This document shows, piece by piece, positions 58,813 to 64,000 of a stretch of 64,000 nt of DNA. This stretch comes from Octopus vulgaris (taxonomy: Eukaryota), in the NCBI GenBank assembly GCA_951406725.2, contig OX597820.1:40796001-40860000 (forward strand), written 5' to 3'. Under the pieces are notes generated by a model. The model was not told the origin of the DNA. It saw only the letters and a program-made list of their open reading frames with translations, and did not search any database. The position numbers were made by a program, and so were the translations under genes. The stretch's first letter is position 1, and the number at the start of each line of letters is the position of its first letter.

Positions 58813-60280
58813 ATGCAGTGTTTAGAAAAATATAAATACTTATGCAAACGTGAGATAAATCTATTCTTGCAGGGGACACTAGTTTGCTACGGGCAATATT
58901 TCGTTGTCAAAGTAAACAGTAACATAACCAAATGGCTAACTTTCTACCCACAAACTGAACCAAAAACCAGTACCACATTTTAAATTACGATCCATGGTCT
59001 CCAGTTTAAAACCAAATCTGATTTGCCATCTAATCTTAAATAGTTGATCCTTTGTGAAATCTGACTATTATTGTCTCTTTGGATGAGTCCCGTCTAGCAG
59101 GCTATTTTGGTACTAAAGAAGGTTCTTGTTTCTTCATTGCCGTCCACTGGAGTTCATTTCCGTCATACATGAATAACAGCATACACCCATACATTTTATG
59201 TTGACCAAATTTCGCTCGTAATACTTTAGTTAATTCAAGACCACGCTACAATATGTTTACAAGGACGAAAATCAGTGTAAATCGGAAATCACGTAGTTGT
59301 AAGACAATAAGCCATTCAGTACGTACATGACTATTTTGAGAGAAAATGTTTGTGAAGAATCTTTGAAATCATATAAGCTATATACTCGTGTTACATTGTA
59401 TTTCTATCAGATTTATTATAGCCCTATAAGTATCGTTCCCAGATTATAATCCTACATTATCATGAATCAACGTTGGAACCTCTAAATAGTCATGTGACCT
59501 GCAAGAAACAGCAACTAAATCTTCCTCAAATACGTCTTTAAAAATGATCCATTGCATAATGTTGTCTTAGATAAAGATAGAATGATCCATTGCATCATAA
59601 TGTTGTCTTAGATAAAGATGGCTTGATAATAAGTGATGGAAGGTTATGCAAAAACAGGACAAACATAGGGTACACACCTTTAATAGTGTATCTGGGTGGG
59701 TTAGAGAACGACAGAGAGAGAGAGAGAGAGAAGGAGAAAGAAAGAGGGAGAGAAAGAGAGAGAAATTCAGAGAGGTGGAGAGAAATATGCGCTTATATCA
59801 AATTGTTTCCAGTGCTAGATGTGCTCATAATATAGGCAGAGAATCAAAGCGAATAGAAATTTAGCGAACGCAGTCCTACAACATTCTTACCATAGACCCA
59901 TCTTCATCACGTTATTACTCTTCATCCCCCCTCCCACTCTTATCACATTCTCATTTTCACAGTTCTGTAAGCACACACTCGTTCCCAACATCCACAACGA
60001 CGTAGAAATAACGGCCACATCAACAGGGCATACATGATATTACTGTTGAAGACAGAAAAAGTACTTCGAGTCTACACACAGCTTATTGTCATGGAACAAC
60101 AATGTTTATAGTTACATGCCAAAAGCACTTACTGTCAACATTTAATAACCGCACACAGAAAACGAACAATAAAAGTGCAATTAAATGTATGCGTATAGGG
60201 GAGAGTGGGCATGCAAGTACGAATACACGCGGTATGTACGTGTATATTTATACATACATACATCCCGCCGGACATACATA

Positions 60281-60326
<46 letters not shown>

Positions 60327-60360
60327 CGTGTGTTTATAATTACATATACATACATACGTA

Positions 60361-60430
<70 letters not shown>

Positions 60431-60870
60431 CGTATCCACATTGAGAGCAACACAACAACATACATGCACACGCTTACACACACGCGCGCAAGCACACACA
60501 CAAACACAAACGTATGTTGACACGCGGATAAGGACATATATAAGGGAGAGAGAGAGAGAGAGAGAGAGAGATACAGACAGACAGAGAGAGTGAGTGAAAG
60601 AGAAACAAAGAGAAAGAGAGAGAAAAAGGAATGAGTGAAACGAACAAGATAATTACTTATATAGAAACATAGATACATAAATGAATGATTAATAAAGTTA
60701 CCCAAATAAGTGAAATAGCAAAATTTTGAACCCAAAGTTTCCGCCTGTCATCATTTAACGTATTCAAATGATTACAGACGTGCAAATACAGAAACGCATT
60801 TAAAAATCAGGTGATAGACGCAAAGGAATACTGAAAGGCTATTTCTATTTATACGAAATCAATATATATA

Positions 60871-61020
60871 TTTCTTTTCTGTGTATCTTTCTGTTGAAGA
60901 GCGTAGGCTCGAAACGTAAAAGACTTGTTTTATTTATATTCCTGAGCGCCATACTAATACAATTGTTTGTTTGTATTCCACCTGCCTTTGTCTTTTGTTT
61001 ATTTTCATAAAGCTTCCCGT
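60871..61020 (+). mobile_element. Penelope-like terminal fragment in (TA)n
   Basis: Homologous to 1089-1303; carries the hammerhead-like motif. Confidence 0.6.
60886..60923 (+). ncRNA. Minimal type I hammerhead ribozyme-like motif (variant core)
   Basis: UCUUU-CUGUUGA-A-GAGC GUAG GCUC-GAAA-C-GUA|AAAGA: 5-bp helix I, 4-bp helix II, GAAA, palindromic ACGU helix III, GUA cleavage triplet; core position 6 is U rather than A. Confidence 0.5.
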
Positions 61021-61043
61021 TATATATATATATATATATATTC

Positions 61044-61249
61044 ACTCTTTTTACTCTTTTACTTTGTTTCAGTCATTTGACTGTGGTCATGCTGGAGCAC
61101 CACCTTTAGTCGAGCAAATAGACCCCAGGACTTATTCTTTGTAAGCCTAGTACTTATTCTATCGGTCTATTTTGCCGAACCGCTAAGTAACGGAGACGGT
61201 TGTCAAGCGATGTTGGGGTGAGGACACACACACATACACACAAAGACAT

Positions 61250-61296
<47 letters not shown>

Positions 61297-61462
61297 TGCG
61301 ACGGGCTTCTTTCAGTTTCCGTCTACCAAATCCACTCACAATGCTTTGGTCGGCCCGAGGCTATCGTAGAAGACAGTTGCCCAAAATTGCCACGCAGTGG
61401 GACTGAACCCGGAACAATGTGGCTGGTAAGCAAGCTAATTACCACACAGCCACTACTGCGCC
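61044..61462 (-). mobile_element. SINE family A, full length
   Basis: Tail ACTCTTTTTACTCTTTAC, CATGCTGGAGCACC, GACGGGCTTCTTTCAGTTTCCGTCTACC, head ending CTGCGCC at 61462. Confidence 0.9.
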
Positions 61463-61474
61463 TATTTATACGAT

Positions 61475-61535
<61 letters not shown>

Positions 61536-62832
61536 GTATATATATATATGTATGAGCAGTATAATATAGTAAATATATTATCTACATATATATTAAAAAT
61601 ATTGACAGACAAACGCACAGATTGATGGATTGTCATATAATCACATTGATGGACACAGATACAGATGTGAAAAGATGCACTTATACTTATACATACATAC
61701 ATGCATACATTCATTCATACATATACACATGCATTCAAGTGTGTGTGTGCGCGTGCGCCTATGCCTATGTATGCGCGCGTGCGTGAATGTGTATTGGTAA
61801 ACTGGATTCGTACATTATATCTAAATATGCCATGAAGTTGAAGGTAGTTAGCAATACCCATCGGTAAGTCCGAGCTATTTTCGGGTTCATTGATGAGCAT
61901 GGTTGACTAAAGAATTTCGTGATAATACAAGAAATATATTCCAACCGAATTCTATCTCATCAAGCATGGATTTCTGTTTATAACATCTTCTCCGAGAAAT
62001 GCTAGAACTCCGTCCCAATCCATGGTGTTTAGAGAAGCATTAGATACTCTTGGTAAATAAGCCCTGTTGCGATTCCTGAAGAAATATTGTTTGTAAAATA
62101 TTTATAACTATGGCAGCATTGCAACACTGAAATGATTGCAAATGTGAAATAAAATGCAGATGCATTTGCTGTTTAAACAGTTTAAACATAGATGTTTATT
62201 GGCACTTCTGCAGTTTTCCATCTTTCTCGCAGCAAAACTGGAGGAGGTCTTCTGTAGCCTCAGGAACAGTAAACGTCACTCATCTGAAAGAGAGGAGCTA
62301 CTGTATGCGGCTGTGTCTTATACTATAAAGCATTAATGTCTTACACAACAAGGCAAAATACGTAGGCCCCCATCGCGTATCTCAAACAACGGTAAGACGC
62401 ATTTGAAGAAAACCTTCTGTTTATCCTCAAAACGAAAAAGAAAGGAAACCTATATTGATAGTTGCTACTTCCATTGCTTTCGTGTGTTTAAAAAAAGATA
62501 TATTGCCAAAAACTGTGTATCTGTAGTGCATGTGAATAGATAAATAATCGTGTACAGTCTGAGTAAGATAGAGGATTGATTTGTCGGCAACCAAAAACAA
62601 GAAATAAATAAATAACTCGAGAGAGAGAGAGAGAGATTAGCGACGAGTATTCTGTATATAGAGTACACTTCGTAGTGCTCAAGAGATTTGAACTTGAGCA
62701 GGTAGAGGAGTAAATATAAGGACAAGCAAGGTAGGCAAGTCGATATACAAAGAATATGAAATGTATTTAATACAAAAAATGTAAATGATATCACAAATTA
62801 AGGGAGTTGAGTATCATCTATCTATCTCTCCT

Positions 62833-62917
<85 letters not shown>

Positions 62918-63091
62918 GTTCTATGTAAGATAAAGCAGCAACTGAGACTACATATTGGATTGTAATAATGGAATACGCAGAGATGTACTTCAAGAGGAAA
63001 AACCTGGGATTTAACCTAGATACCTGCACTGTGTGTACACACGCATATGAATTGTGTGTGTGTATGTATGTGTGTGTGTTTGTGTGTGTGC

Positions 63092-63141
<50 letters not shown>

Positions 63142-63731
63142 GTAAGTATGTACTCAAAGAGATGAAGGTGAACAGGTCACAATGCGGAAAAGCAGCGCAG
63201 AGAAATTTCGTAAGACGTCAGATGGTTAAGAAATGATTAACCAGAGGAAGAACGGTAAAAAGGAATGAGTATGAATAAAGATCAGTTTGAGAGTAAAGAT
63301 ATTTGTAAAATATATTCTTTACTGTTGCTAAAGAAGAGTTCCATTCCAGTACGTAGCTAGGAGTGAGAGTTTGTTTGCCTGTTTATATCTACAGATTTGC
63401 AGTTCTATCTGTAAGTGTGTAATCGAAATGCGCATGTGTCAAACAAGCTGTGGTTCTACTTAGACGAGTTGCATGTGGTATGCTATGTGCGTATGTGCAT
63501 GTCTATGTGTGTGTGTGTCTGTGTGTATCTGTGTGTGTCTGTGTGTGTGTGAGTGAACACATACAATCACATATATGCATGTGTATATTGCGCTTACATA
63601 TGTGCATATAAAACATGCATGCAGGTACGAATGTGCAATTCCGAATGACTGCAATTACACACACACTTACATACATACATATATATATATATGCATACAC
63701 ACACACACATATATATATACATACATATATA

Positions 63732-63793
<62 letters not shown>

Positions 63794-64000
63794 AATATAT
63801 ATATGTGTATATATATAAATATATATATATATATAAATATATATAAATATATATACATATATACGTATATACATATACGCATGCGTATATGCGTGAGAAA
63901 GTTATGGCGTAAGATGATTGGTTAACATTAGTTGATGGAGAGTAAGGACATGCATTCGTTTCACGATGTGCATAGGCGTGTGTGAAAACATGTAGCTATG

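Noticed and set aside
58122-64000. Further upstream NOL4 exons
   Set aside because: No NOL4-like peptide seen on the minus strand; upstream exons probably lie beyond the window.

Overview
AT-rich eukaryotic DNA saturated with microsatellites and tRNA-derived SINEs; the repeat families look like those of an Octopus-type cephalopod (inference). Almost the whole window is one ~57.4-kb intron (180-57616) of a minus-strand NOL4/NOL4L-like gene. A 505-nt Gly/Asn/Ser/Pro-rich exon (57617-58121) splices in frame to a terminal coding exon (19-179) that the ORF track missed; it encodes the PTDLS CtBP-type motif and the C-terminus [28 protein letters not shown]. Nearly all other listed ORFs are simple-repeat artefacts. 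The intron holds at least four SINE families, a decayed Tx1/L1-like LINE, a young CR1 3' end, and Penelope-like pieces with minimal hammerhead-like motifs. Most interesting: (1) a SINE variant whose 3' tail matches the Tx1-like LINE 3' end and which recurs at a fixed site inside its own family's head, building multimers; (2) hammerhead-like motifs with a shared CUGUNGA core variant; (3) a perfect 27-bp foldback and a pre-miRNA-sized hairpin. Family names are from recollection and were not database-checked.
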